Shown one piece after another: positions 33,218-43,811 of a stretch of 49,306 nucleotides of DNA (position 1 is the first letter of the stretch; the number at the start of each line of letters is the position of its first letter). Origin of the DNA: Chrysochromulina tobinii (Eukaryota); NCBI GenBank assembly GCA_001275005.1, contig JWZX01003347.1:1-49306 (forward strand), given 5' to 3'. The position numbers and the translations under genes were made by a program. Below the pieces are notes generated by a model, which did not search any database, was not told where the DNA came from, and worked only from the letters and a program-made list of their open reading frames with translations.

Positions 33218-33298
33218 CAAAAGTGATGAGAGTTTCGTCGATTTTGATTCGTACGCGTGAAATCACAGGAGGAAAGTCCGTTTCATCTCGAACCCTCC

Positions 33299-34093
33299 CT
33301 AGGGACCTACGTCGCAGCTTTCACTCTCGCCTGCTGCTCGCTTGGCTAGGCAGAACTCATGCGCACGCTCGAGTAGCGCCGCGTCCGGCCGCCATGGCAC
33401 TACTTCGCCAGGTCGGCGCACCAAATCCCCAAGCAACAGGTCGCCCACGCGCACTCGGACGAGGCGGAGCGTTGGGTGCCCGACGGAGGCCGTCATTCGG
33501 CGCACCTGACGAAATTTGCCCTCGATGAGCGTGAGTGCGATCCAGCTTGTGGGCGTCTCTAAAATGGTCCCATCCATCTTCTTCCTCTTCAGTCCCGGAT
33601 GAGGCGAGCGGCGCAGAGGCAGCTTAGGTGGCTCGTCGAGCCTGCAGACCTTGCACGGTCGCGTCAGATGCGACTCTCCGCCCTTCAACGAGAGCACCAC
33701 GCCACCAGCAGCAAGGCGTTCCATGTCGGCTGTGCCCATCTCACCCTCAATTTGAGCGTAGTACTCCTTCTCAATTTGACGAGACTTTGTGATGAAATGG
33801 CTGAGGCTACCGTCGGTGGTGAGGAGCAGCAGGCCTTCGGAGTCTTGGTCAAGACGTCCGATGGCCATAGTCGCCGGTGAGAGCGAGGACGCGCCGAGAA
33901 GATCGCTCAAGAGACGTTGGCGCATGCGAAGTCTTGGGGAGATGTTGGCGTCAGCGCGAAACTGAGAGATGAAGCCGTCTGGCTTGTACACCATGGCATG
34001 TTCAGCCACGGCCGCCGTAGGAAGCCGCCGCCTGTAAATCTCCGTGAGAGCCGAGAGCCGTCGTAGGCCTGGGCGCAAAAGGCGGCCGTGCAT
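33299..34093 (-). CDS. rluE: RNA pseudouridine synthase, RsuA/RluE family (likely organellar)
   Basis: YKPDGFISQF, IGRLDQDSEGLLLLTTDG (catalytic Asp), EKEYYAQ, TSWIALTLIEGKFRQVRRMTASVGHPTLRLVR. No S4 domain, as in RluE. Arg-rich N-terminus resembles a transit peptide. Confidence 0.88.
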   Translation of the reverse strand: MHGRLLRPGLRRLSALTEIYRRRLPTAAVAEHAMVYKPDGFISQFRADANISPRLRMRQRLLSDLLGASSLSPATMAIGRLDQDSEGLLLLTTDGSLSHFITKSRQIEKEYYAQIEGEMGTADMERLAAGGVVLSLKGGESHLTRPCKVCRLDEPPKLPLRRSPHPGLKRKKMDGTILETPTSWIALTLIEGKFRQVRRMTASVGHPTLRLVRVRVGDLLLGDLVRRPGEVVPWRPDAALLERAHEFCLAKRAAGESESCDVGP

Positions 34094-34363
34094 GTGTGAA
34101 TGCTGCTGCAGCTGCTGCTGCTGCTGTGAAACACACAAACGCGCACACTCTCCGGACCCCCAAGCACGAGGGCCTCCACATCATGCGAAGGTTCAATACA
34201 ACGCTCCCGCAGTCAAAACGGGTCGACGGCGCTCGTGCAAGCGCGCCTGCCGGGGTCGCGTTTACAGTACATGTACGTTTACAGAGACTACTGACAGAAG
34301 GCCAGGTGCAACTGTGAATGTGTACGCGTCTGCTGTGAGTTTTGGTTGAAATTCGTTTCGCGC

Positions 34364-35887
34364 ATGCACTATGCTGGACGGGCGTCCGTTACTTTTCACG
34401 CCTCCAAACATCCCTGGAGCCTGTCCAGGCGTTATTGCACAATGCGTGCACATTCGGATGCAGCACCCACCTGTCGCGTGAGGATGCCACCGCCAAGCGA
34501 TTCCGACACCGCCGCATCGGCTCCTGCCCACCGTGAACGACCGCGAAATCTTGCACCGTGGCAGCACGTCCGTGCCTTTGCACACCCGTGGATGTTTGTG
34601 CCCGCAGCCATACGCCACGACGATGGTTGGTTACCATTGATTCGCACACTGCAGCACCCGGAACTGTGCTCACGGTACATGCTCGTTGAAGACGACATGC
34701 TACGCGCTGGCCTTGGCTTCACCGGCCGCTTGCTTGCATCCGCGCTTCTGCTAGCCGTTCGCCATGGCCGCGTGCTGCTGGAGGTGCCGCAGGTCAATGG
34801 CACGGCATCCAACCACTCAGGGATGCCCTATGGTCGCTGGTGTGATCAGCCGCCTCATACACTGCAGTGCGCTTTTGAGCCTTGGACGCACTGCGCACCA
34901 CCCCAAAGTCATCGTGACGTCGTGATATTCGAGACAGAGTGTGCTTGCTTGTTGCATGGGAAGTTCGAGATGGATCGGATGCCACAGTTGCACACCACCA
35001 ACTGTACGGGGCATAAGGACTCTCTTCTCAACCGCGGTCGCTGCCTGCTGCACCATAAGGCAGCGGTGATGCAAGTCAAGCTGAGCTCCATCTACCGAAT
35101 GCGATTCCTGTACGAGAGCCCCGGGGATGCCGCGTTCAGCGTGCTTCGTGCCGCGCAGCGCTACCTGTTAACGCCGCGGCCGTGGGTACGCGCGCTCGCG
35201 CGGTGTTTCAAGCGGCAGCACGGGCTGCACTCCGGCCGCTTTCTCAGCGTGCACATTCGCAGCTCGCCCGAGAAGAGTGCTGAGGCTGCTCGCTCTAACA
35301 AGCGCATGCCACCGGTGAAAGCTTACATCCGGCTGACCCAGCTCGTGACCAACGTGACGGGCTTTCGCCAGGTGATCCTGCAGACAGCGAGCCCACGAGC
35401 GCTGAGCGAATATGTCGCATGGGCCACCACGGCCAATGTGAGTGTGAGCTACACTGAGAACCCTCGCGAGGAGGGTGATTCATGGGGTGGATGGAAGGCT
35501 GACGATCACTCCACGCCGACCGCGGTGGCGGCCGTGAATCTGTATCTTGCCTCCGGGGCTGCCGTCCTCATCTCGCCCACGCCCTCGGTGAGCCTGTGGA
35601 CGACGCTTCTGATACACCATCTGGGCTACGACTCGAGTCCGAACGCATCGCACGTACCTCGAGTCGGTGGCGGCCATGTTGCTTGGCATAGCGCCGACCT
35701 CGGCGAGATGTCCTTCAATTGCGAGCCGCGCGCCAGCAACCTTGTCGCGGTCGTTCGCGCTGCGGCTTTTGTCGCCCCACGGGTCTCGCTCGTCGAGCAG
35801 CGCCTGTGGAACGAGAGTTCAAGTGGCGGCTGCACGGGTAGGGCACGGGGCACAGTCATAGATTCACGTACACTTACACAGTCGTAG
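34364..35887 (+). CDS. Glycosyltransferase, alpha-1,6/O-fucosyltransferase-like (GT-B)
   Basis: 513-aa ORF with AGLGF..R.L..ALLLAVRHGRVL, LQCAFEPWTHC, FLSVHIRSSPEK (HxR motif), VILQTAS and AVNLYLASGA..S.WT. Start codon uncertain. Confidence 0.6.
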   Translation: MHYAGRASVTFHASKHPWSLSRRYCTMRAHSDAAPTCRVRMPPPSDSDTAASAPAHRERPRNLAPWQHVRAFAHPWMFVPAAIRHDDGWLPLIRTLQHPELCSRYMLVEDDMLRAGLGFTGRLLASALLLAVRHGRVLLEVPQVNGTASNHSGMPYGRWCDQPPHTLQCAFEPWTHCAPPQSHRDVVIFETECACLLHGKFEMDRMPQLHTTNCTGHKDSLLNRGRCLLHHKAAVMQVKLSSIYRMRFLYESPGDAAFSVLRAAQRYLLTPRPWVRALARCFKRQHGLHSGRFLSVHIRSSPEKSAEAARSNKRMPPVKAYIRLTQLVTNVTGFRQVILQTASPRALSEYVAWATTANVSVSYTENPREEGDSWGGWKADDHSTPTAVAAVNLYLASGAAVLISPTPSVSLWTTLLIHHLGYDSSPNASHVPRVGGGHVAWHSADLGEMSFNCEPRASNLVAVVRAAAFVAPRVSLVEQRLWNESSSGGCTGRARGTVIDSRTLTQS

Positions 35888-36945
35888 ATTCACGGTCGGA
35901 TCATGGCGGGCTGGAAGAAAGAGCTGAGCGCCGGCCGGCCGGGCCGCCAAGACTGTTCTGACTACTTGATGACCCGAACTTAATCCCCAGGATGCGACAC
36001 GAAGGGCATGCGGTTAACATGCGGTATGGAGCTGAGCTGCAGAGTGCAGTTGCTGCATGCTGGACCTGGAGTGAGAACGAGTCTACAGACTTAATCCAAT
36101 CGCAATCCCTCGTGCCGCCCCTCCACTTCCTGGTACTGCTTGTTTTCCCCTTACCGGCACTTGGTGCCCGGATCTTGGATTTAAGTTTCAATTTCGAATC
36201 AGAACCCCATCTTACAATTTTTGATTGGTAAAGATAGTGATTTGTATTGGTGGTTTCAGCGTGCGGAGCGCTGCTACGGGCGCACTCGGCACACGGCAGG
36301 GAGCCGCCCCCCCCAATACATGTAAGGTTAATTAGGGCTCAGCGCCCAATGTCAGCGCCGGGGAACTAGCGCACCAACTGGCTGTTATCGGCTGTGAACG
36401 AAAGGCGGCGCATCTGAGGAATCTTATATGAGAGCGCGCCCTCGTTCACGCGAGAATCATGGAAGCCGACGAGGACGACGGCATCCCGCGATCCCGCACG
36501 AGGCCACCCCGCTCGCACGTACGCTCAAGAACGCTCACTCAAAAAAAAGCACACTTAAAGTACACACCAACCACCCCAGCAGCCACCAGCAAACATCCAA
36601 GTATTACTGTACGGAACCGGAAGTAGTCTTAGCACAGGACAGTAGCCAGAACGACAGAGATGATCTCCGAAATTAACGATCTCGGATAATATCTCGGCGA
36701 GTTCAGGTGAAGCGCCGCGGATGCGCGAGACGCATCCTAGGATCGGTTGGGCCCAATGCCGTGTATGTCCCTATAGCATAGAAGATGCTAACCGTGTACC
36801 TATGCACAGGACACAGTTCACAGAGCTTGAGCGCTCCAAACGAACAAACCATATGCCCGGCGCCACGCGTCCGTTTCACTTGTGCGAGTGACCTTTTTGA
36901 GGACTCACAAAAGGCCCAACCGACGCGTACACAGCGAGGTTGCCA

Positions 36946-39900
36946 ATGGCAGCACCCGCGCCGGCGGAGGAGGCCCTACGAGCCGACGAGGTGGATGAGG
37001 TGGCGCCGGGCGCTGCCGCCGGAGAGCCTGAGCCAGAGCTACCGGAGCTGCGTTCGGTGGGCCCCGTGGATTCCTCTTCGGAATCTGATCAAGTGGACTG
37101 TACAAATGACGAGCCAGCGATAGCAGCAGCACCAGCGGAGCTCACGGCAGCCACTTCCACGGCCGATGCTGCTCAAATAGAAATGCCCAAAACGCCTGCC
37201 GGGGCCGTGATGGAGGAGGTGATCGCTGCGAGTGTCCTGGCCGTTACCGGTGAGGCGGAGGAGGAGGCAAGCAAGGCCGCCGAGACCAAGGAGAATGCGC
37301 CGCGGCAGGCCGGCGCCGGCGTGCTGGTCGCCTTCGAGCCTCCGCGGTCGCAGCTGCCGCCGCCGGACCAAACTTCAAGCGTGGCCGGCATCATCGGGCA
37401 GCTCAAGATGGCGCTCGCTATGAATTTGCCTCGGATCATCGACACGTTCCGCGAGATTGACGAGGACCAGTCGGGCAAGATCAACAAGCGCGGGTTCCGG
37501 CTCGCGCTGCAGAAGCTTGGCATTGTCGCCCACAAGTCTACGTGCGACCTCACGTTCGACTCGCTCGACAACGATCGCTCCGGCGCGATCGAATACGAAG
37601 AGCTCAAAACTCACCTGCGGCTGTTGCCGGACTTGACCGATGAGCCAGCGATAGCAGCAGCACCAGCAGAGCTCACGGCAGCCACTTCCACGGCCGATGC
37701 TGTTGAAAGTGAAAGGCCCAAAACGCCTGCCGAGGCCGTGGTGGAGGGGGTGATCGCTGCGAGTGTCATGGCCGTTACCGCTGAAAGGCCCAAAACGCCT
37801 GCGGAGGTTGTGATGGAGGGGGTGATCACTGCGAGTGTCCTGGCCGTTACCGGTGAGGCGCTGCCGGACTCTGCCGATGAGCCAGCGATAGCAGCATCAG
37901 CAGCAGAGTTCACGGCGGTCACCTCTATGAATGACGAGCAAGCGGTAGTAGCAGCAGGGGCAACAGAAAACGTGGTGCTCCTCAAAGCTGTTCTGCAGGA
38001 GGACGAAGACGGCAAGGAGAAGCTCGGTCAACGGATCCACCGCGAGGTCGCCTTTGTCCAAGATTGGAATGAGAATCAACTTGCAGAGGCAGGCTTCACC
38101 CCAGAGGAGCAGCTTCATATCGACAACATAGAGCCACCTAACCCTACGCGTCGACAACTCTTTGGATTCAACTCGCAGGCCTTGACGACGCCTCAACGAA
38201 AGTACCTCGCTTCGTCGAGCACCGAAGATGATGCGGAATACATGAGAGGAGAAGTCAAGAGTGCGGCCGATATGAACAAGGCCGTTACACCACCGCGCCG
38301 GAGAAGCTGGCTACGCTGGCTTTGGCCGGGGCGTTCGAAAGCGGGCAGAGTCGGCGACGCTGGATCACAGGTTGATGCACAGGCCGGAACTCAGGAAGTC
38401 GAGAATGAGCCGGAAGAGGAGCTGGCCGATGGGTGGCAGGCGGAGATGCTCGACGACGGGCGGATCTTTTATTGGAACGCCAAGACTGAGGAGACTTCAT
38501 GGGTGCGCCCTTCCAAGCCCAAGCAACCCGAGCCGCCCGAGCCGCCCAAGCTCGTCGGCAGAATCGGTAGGAAACTTGCACTGCTGCATAGGCTCAAGAA
38601 TAACGCCAACGCTGGCGCCTCCCGAATCAAGGCGAAGCTCGAACGTGACTGGTATAAGCTCAGGAGCATCACGCTACTGGACGTTGGACGTTGGGCAAGC
38701 TACCTGTTCACGACCTTAAGCCATCCCTTCCGTTCGATGTTCTTGGCGTGTTCGGTCGGCTTAATGGGCTTTTTGTGTGTGCCTGTACTGCTGCTGCTGC
38801 TGCCCATTCGACGCTTTCGTCCCACGTGGTGGTACTCTATTACCAATCCACTCTTTGCTCAGCTGTGGGCGACCTTCATCGTCGCATTCGAAGTCTTTGG
38901 TGGACTCCGCATCTCCTTCTTTGGGGAAGAGCCCATGCCTGGCGAGAAGCTCGTCATCTTTGCAAATCACCACTCCTCTTGTGATTGGCTGGTACTCCTT
39001 GGTCTCGCAGCCCGGTTTCGCGCGTTGGAAGGCACGCGATTTGTTGCTGAGACACCGACATCCAACATCCCCTTTTTCAAAACCATGCTGTGGCTGCAGC
39101 AGACCGGGACGTCGTCGGACTTCATTGCGACGTCGCGCGACCTCGGGGAGCACTCTCGTTCGCTGTGGCTGTGCCTCTTCCCGGAGAACAACAAGGTGTT
39201 GCCCGATGCAAGTCCAAGCACAGCTCGCACATGGACGTGGCGCCGTCGCGGCTCATCACAGCGGGTGCAGCCACAAGACGAGAGTCCCAAGCTGCCTGGG
39301 TCGTCCGAATCGGTGCCTCCGCCGACATTGTCGGTAAAGTGCCCACCAGGCTTTGGGGCGGGACACACCGTGACGGTGGAGGATCCGAGCACCGGGAAGG
39401 AGTGGCAGGTGACGATGCCAGAGGGGATCGCGCCCGGCCAGACCTCTGAGTGGATAATACCCCAAGCACCCAAACCGCCCCCCAAGAAAAGATTTTGGGA
39501 CTCGTGGACGAACGAAGACGCTGCAGCAGCTGCCGACAGACTCTTTAAAGAGCTCGACGCCGACGGGAGTGGCAAAATCTCTCGCTCAGAGCTTGAGTTG
39601 TGTATGCGGGAGATCTATGGCAAGCCTCTGGAGGCTGAGGTTCTCGACAAAATGATTGCGGATTTTGACGTGGATGGCGATGGTGAGATTGACCTCATGG
39701 AGTTCCGGATAATGATGCGTGCCTGCGAGAAAGAAGCAGAGGCTGCCAAAGAGGCTATGACGAAGCTCAAAGAGCGCGCGCATGCGGCCGACCTGGTGGC
39801 AAAGCTGCGGCGCGTCTTACTGAAAAAGGGGTTGTTTCGCGTGTTCGAGACCTTTCGCAAGATTGATGTGGACGGTTCCGGCGAAATCGAAGTCGATGAA

Positions 39901-41388
39901 TTCAGTGATGCGATGCGCTTGTTGGGGCTACGTTTGTCCGACGAGGACGTCGACCTGCTCTTTCGCCAAATCGACGCCGACGGGAGTGGCACAATCGAGT
40001 ACAGAGAGCTGAATAAGCTCTTGCGGCATGGCGAGGACGCACCGAAGGGTGAGATTTCGGTTGCCTCGCCCTCGCCCAAGCGCATAGAGACCTCGCCCAA
40101 GCGCACCAGTACCTTGACGTACCAGCATCTATCGCAGCCTCGTGCCAAGATTCTCCAAGACGTGCTGCAGGGAGCAAGGCCGCCATTGTTGCACGCTTTC
40201 GACATGACGCTTGCATACTATGACAGTGACACCGGAAAGCCAGCCTCTCTCTGGGATGGCCTCTTTGGTACCGTTTCCGTCGATGTGCTCATGCGGCGCA
40301 TCCGGCTGCCAAAGGGCCCCGTGGTGCCAAATAGCGTGGGCACGCTCAAGGTGACGATCTTGCATGCGACCAACCTGCTGTCGGCCGACTCGAACGGCAA
40401 GTCGGACCCGTACGTTGTCGTGAAAGCGGGCGGGATGGCCCAGAGGACGAAGCACGTCCTCGAGACGCTCGACCCAGTGTGGAATAAGACCATCGAGTTC
40501 CAGGGCAAGTTGGAGACGTTCCTCGCGCGGCCGCTGCATCTCAAGCTCTTCGACATGGACGTCTTTTCAGCCGACGACCCGCTCGGTGAGGTCAAGGTGT
40601 CGCTCGACTACCTGATTCTGGGTGGCCAGCAGGACTTTGTCGAGCGCGTCCAACCTGTCAACGGGACCTTGGATCCGAGCCAGGGCACGCTCAAGGTGAC
40701 GATTAAGCATGCGAACGGGCTGATGGCGGCCGACTCGAACGGTTTATCAGATCCGTACGTGGCAGTTCACGCAGGCGGGATCGCCAAGAAGTCGAAGGTC
40801 ATTCCTAAGACGCTCGACCCGGTGTGGAATGTGACCTGGGAGCTGCAGGGTAAGCTGGAGGTGTTCCTCGCGGAGCCGATGCACATCGAAATCTTCGACA
40901 AGGACCCCTTCATCTCAGACAAATCACTCAAGCTCTACGACGACCCGCTCGGCGATGTCAGGATCCCGCTCGACGATATCATCGCGCGGGGCGGCAAACG
41001 GGAGATGACCGAACCGCTGGGGGTTCCAGAAGGGGCACCAGAAGAGATGAAAGAAGGACAGGGCACGGTCAGCTTCGAGGTCGAGTGGATCTCGGGCCAG
41101 GGCACTGTTTACTTTTCGGCCGAATGGCTCCCTTCCGAGGGCCTTTCCCACAGCTCCAAGCAAAATGACATAGCCGTCTGGCTCGAGGATATCTGGGCCG
41201 AGAAGGATAAGGCCCTACACGCGTGGAAACGTGACCCTGCGTGCTGGTTTGAACGAGCCGGCTTTCAGCACGCTTGGCTGCGCCTATGCCCGATGCTTGT
41301 TGGCATCATCTGCTATTTGACACCATACCTTGTGCTGGCCGCTGCGATTGTGACCGGAATCATGATTGGGACCGGGGTAGGGACGTGA
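36946..41388 (+). CDS. Mosaic EF-hand / WW / lysophospholipid acyltransferase (PlsC, LCLAT/AGPAT-like) / C2-domain membrane protein
   Basis: Single 1480-aa ORF. EF-hands (IDEDQSGKIN, LDNDRSGAIEYEEL, four more at ~39540-40025); WW (LADGW..DGRIFYWN..TSWVRP); TM helices; NHHSSCD (HxxxxD) and LFPE; two C2 domains (ADSNGKSDPYV, ADSNGLSDPYV); Acyltransf_C-like WLEDIWAEKD; C-terminal TM. Confidence 0.88.
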   Translation: MAAPAPAEEALRADEVDEVAPGAAAGEPEPELPELRSVGPVDSSSESDQVDCTNDEPAIAAAPAELTAATSTADAAQIEMPKTPAGAVMEEVIAASVLAVTGEAEEEASKAAETKENAPRQAGAGVLVAFEPPRSQLPPPDQTSSVAGIIGQLKMALAMNLPRIIDTFREIDEDQSGKINKRGFRLALQKLGIVAHKSTCDLTFDSLDNDRSGAIEYEELKTHLRLLPDLTDEPAIAAAPAELTAATSTADAVESERPKTPAEAVVEGVIAASVMAVTAERPKTPAEVVMEGVITASVLAVTGEALPDSADEPAIAASAAEFTAVTSMNDEQAVVAAGATENVVLLKAVLQEDEDGKEKLGQRIHREVAFVQDWNENQLAEAGFTPEEQLHIDNIEPPNPTRRQLFGFNSQALTTPQRKYLASSSTEDDAEYMRGEVKSAADMNKAVTPPRRRSWLRWLWPGRSKAGRVGDAGSQVDAQAGTQEVENEPEEELADGWQAEMLDDGRIFYWNAKTEETSWVRPSKPKQPEPPEPPKLVGRIGRKLALLHRLKNNANAGASRIKAKLERDWYKLRSITLLDVGRWASYLFTTLSHPFRSMFLACSVGLMGFLCVPVLLLLLPIRRFRPTWWYSITNPLFAQLWATFIVAFEVFGGLRISFFGEEPMPGEKLVIFANHHSSCDWLVLLGLAARFRALEGTRFVAETPTSNIPFFKTMLWLQQTGTSSDFIATSRDLGEHSRSLWLCLFPENNKVLPDASPSTARTWTWRRRGSSQRVQPQDESPKLPGSSESVPPPTLSVKCPPGFGAGHTVTVEDPSTGKEWQVTMPEGIAPGQTSEWIIPQAPKPPPKKRFWDSWTNEDAAAAADRLFKELDADGSGKISRSELELCMREIYGKPLEAEVLDKMIADFDVDGDGEIDLMEFRIMMRACEKEAEAAKEAMTKLKERAHAADLVAKLRRVLLKKGLFRVFETFRKIDVDGSGEIEVDEFSDAMRLLGLRLSDEDVDLLFRQIDADGSGTIEYRELNKLLRHGEDAPKGEISVASPSPKRIETSPKRTSTLTYQHLSQPRAKILQDVLQGARPPLLHAFDMTLAYYDSDTGKPASLWDGLFGTVSVDVLMRRIRLPKGPVVPNSVGTLKVTILHATNLLSADSNGKSDPYVVVKAGGMAQRTKHVLETLDPVWNKTIEFQGKLETFLARPLHLKLFDMDVFSADDPLGEVKVSLDYLILGGQQDFVERVQPVNGTLDPSQGTLKVTIKHANGLMAADSNGLSDPYVAVHAGGIAKKSKVIPKTLDPVWNVTWELQGKLEVFLAEPMHIEIFDKDPFISDKSLKLYDDPLGDVRIPLDDIIARGGKREMTEPLGVPEGAPEEMKEGQGTVSFEVEWISGQGTVYFSAEWLPSEGLSHSSKQNDIAVWLEDIWAEKDKALHAWKRDPACWFERAGFQHAWLRLCPMLVGIICYLTPYLVLAAAIVTGIMIGTGVGT

Positions 41389-42017
41389 GGGCATCGCGAG
41401 CGTTCTGTCTGCGGGCGAGCTGGCTGAGAGGGATGCACAGAAGGCATCGGAATCTTATCGGAATCAGACAGTCTCGCGTGTTGCGAGACCGATCCATATT
41501 CTGAGCGTGCCTCGACGACCTCGGGGCGAGCGGTGAGGAGTTTGAGGAGTGCGCAGGAGCGGGGCCTCGTCGGACGTCGCGTGTGAAAGTATTTACCATC
41601 ACACCCCGAGCCTGTTTGATACCCCACGGCGTTGTCGCGGTGTCAATGCTGTGCGATTAATGCTCGAAACACGAAAGCTGCACTCGGTTGATTGCGGCCG
41701 CCATCCGTTCCGTCCCGCTCCGGTTTCGCGTTTAAAAGGGCCGGCCAGACACACACGTCACACCCATCGAAGCCCCGGAGATGCGTACAGTACGTGGGAG
41801 GCGCTCACGCAGACACACTAATGAGTGGCCCTCGATGCACGCCCATATGGGCAGCGCTTTTGCCAGGCCCAATTGCTGTCGTCATCGTGCCGTTTCGTCG
41901 CCAAGCGGCTACCGGTACCGGTACACGCCCACTCGATTACGAGTGCAATAAAGGCCTCTCCCGTGGGCGGAGCACACGATCAGGACGTGAGCGTGGCGGT
42001 GTACCCGCGGACTAGGG

Positions 42018-43643
42018 ATGGCGGAAAACGACCGCTTCGCTCAGGTCGAAACCAACTTAGCCGCTCTCGGATTGGATCGGTACGCTCCTGCGTTCAAGGC
42101 AAAGGGGTATGACGATCAGGACTACCTGGACGAGTTGTCCCAGGAGGAGCTTCTGTATGTCGCAAAGAGCGTTGGAATGCTCCAGGGTCACGCCCTCAAA
42201 TGGGTCAAGTCGGTGAGCGGGGCCAATATTTCGCCCGCACAGGTGGGGCTGGCGTTTTCGGGCTCTGGTGCCGCGGCAGTCCCTAGTGCTGAGACGAGAG
42301 CTCGCCCCGAGCGCGGAGTCAGCATCCTCGACAAGCTCATCGACTCCTTTGGTGGTGGCAAGGATGGCGTACCGGTGCAATTCCGGCCGATGAATCCGCT
42401 CTGTGATGCCGCCGAGCAGGGCAACCTGCCGGTACTTACGCAGCTTGTGTCGACGGGCACGGACGTGAACATGACTGGTGAGAATGGCAACTCGGCGCTC
42501 GCGTTTGCGTGCGCCAACGGGCATGCGGACTGCACGGCGCTGCTGATCAGCAAGGGCGCTCAGGCCAACCAGAGGTCGTCGCTGGGTAACGCGCCGCTGC
42601 ATGCTGCCGCATGGGCCGACTCGCTGAAGTGCATCCGCATCCTGGTGGACGCGCAGGCCGACGTGGACCTAAAATCATTCTCGGGTGCGACCCCGCTGCA
42701 CGTGGCGATCCAGGGTGGGCGCGAAGCGGCGCTTGCCGCGCTGCTCTCCTTTGGCGCCTCGCGCACTCTCAAGGACGGCAACGGGAAGACGCCGATGCAG
42801 CTCGCCCTCAGCATGGGCCATACGGAGTGTGTCTCTGTGCTCAAGCAGTCTCAAGCCGAGAGCGAAGCGCGTGAACGGGTGCGGCTCTGTGCCGAGCGCG
42901 AGGTGGCCGAGAAGCGCGCCAACGCCGCGGCGGAGGCGCTCCTCAGGGAGCTCGAGCTTGAGGAAGCTGCCAGCAGCGGGACGCAGTCCAAGTCTGGCAA
43001 GGCCTCGAAGAAGAAAGCGGCCAAAAAGGCAGCGAAGGCGGCGGAACTGCTGTCGCCTGCGCTGCCGGCGCCGACTCGGATGCGCTCGAGTGCGCAGCAT
43101 CCCACACAGACTCCGCGAGCGGTGCTCCCGCATGCGCTGGAGGAGGCCGCTGCCGTGAATGAGTCAGCTGTGGAAGAGGATTTGGGCGCCATCGACGACC
43201 AGGCGTCCGAGGACGAGGACGCGGCGATGGCCTGTGCCCTCCTCGGCCAGCGGAGTGGCGGTCGCAAGGCACGCAACCACCAGCGTGGAGGCCAAGCGTC
43301 GGTACGCCTCAACGGCATCTCTCCGAGCGATGCGGGTGCGGGCGGCGACGGAGCACGCCTTGCGCCAGCGAAGGACGGCGGCGACGCTGAGATTGAATCG
43401 GATCGTCTCGCCGAGCATCCCACCATATCTACCGTTTTGAGCCGTCCAAAATCTGTGGCGCGTTGCCCGCACTGCGGCTCGCGCGCACGCCCAACGGCCG
43501 CCAACCGCTGCCCTTCATGCTCGCGAAACGTCTTGAGTAAGCCATTACCCGATGGCCCATCCGATCACGCATCCGATGCGACTAGCATGGATGCCGACGG
43601 CGCGGTGCGGACCTTGCCTTCCAACGTGAAAGATGTAGATTGA
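42018..43643 (+). CDS. SAM-domain and ankyrin-repeat protein with C-terminal CxxC zinc ribbon
   Basis: LAALGLDRYAPAFKAKGYD..GMLQGH (SAM-like); ankyrin repeats NSALAFAC, NAPLHAAA, ATPLHVA, KTPMQLA; CPHC...CPSC. Confidence 0.88.
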   Translation: MAENDRFAQVETNLAALGLDRYAPAFKAKGYDDQDYLDELSQEELLYVAKSVGMLQGHALKWVKSVSGANISPAQVGLAFSGSGAAAVPSAETRARPERGVSILDKLIDSFGGGKDGVPVQFRPMNPLCDAAEQGNLPVLTQLVSTGTDVNMTGENGNSALAFACANGHADCTALLISKGAQANQRSSLGNAPLHAAAWADSLKCIRILVDAQADVDLKSFSGATPLHVAIQGGREAALAALLSFGASRTLKDGNGKTPMQLALSMGHTECVSVLKQSQAESEARERVRLCAEREVAEKRANAAAEALLRELELEEAASSGTQSKSGKASKKKAAKKAAKAAELLSPALPAPTRMRSSAQHPTQTPRAVLPHALEEAAAVNESAVEEDLGAIDDQASEDEDAAMACALLGQRSGGRKARNHQRGGQASVRLNGISPSDAGAGGDGARLAPAKDGGDAEIESDRLAEHPTISTVLSRPKSVARCPHCGSRARPTAANRCPSCSRNVLSKPLPDGPSDHASDATSMDADGAVRTLPSNVKDVD

Positions 43644-43811
43644 CCGATGCGCGTCAAGACCGAGAACTGACCAGGGGGAGGGTTTGCGCAGGGTTAAAGG
43701 TAGGTGCAAGACGCAAGTGTGAAAACTGGTCCTGTACAGTAGGATCCTATGTTCACAGCCAATCTTTATAAATGTTCACATCTTCAAACGTCAGCGGTCG
43801 AACGGCGATTC

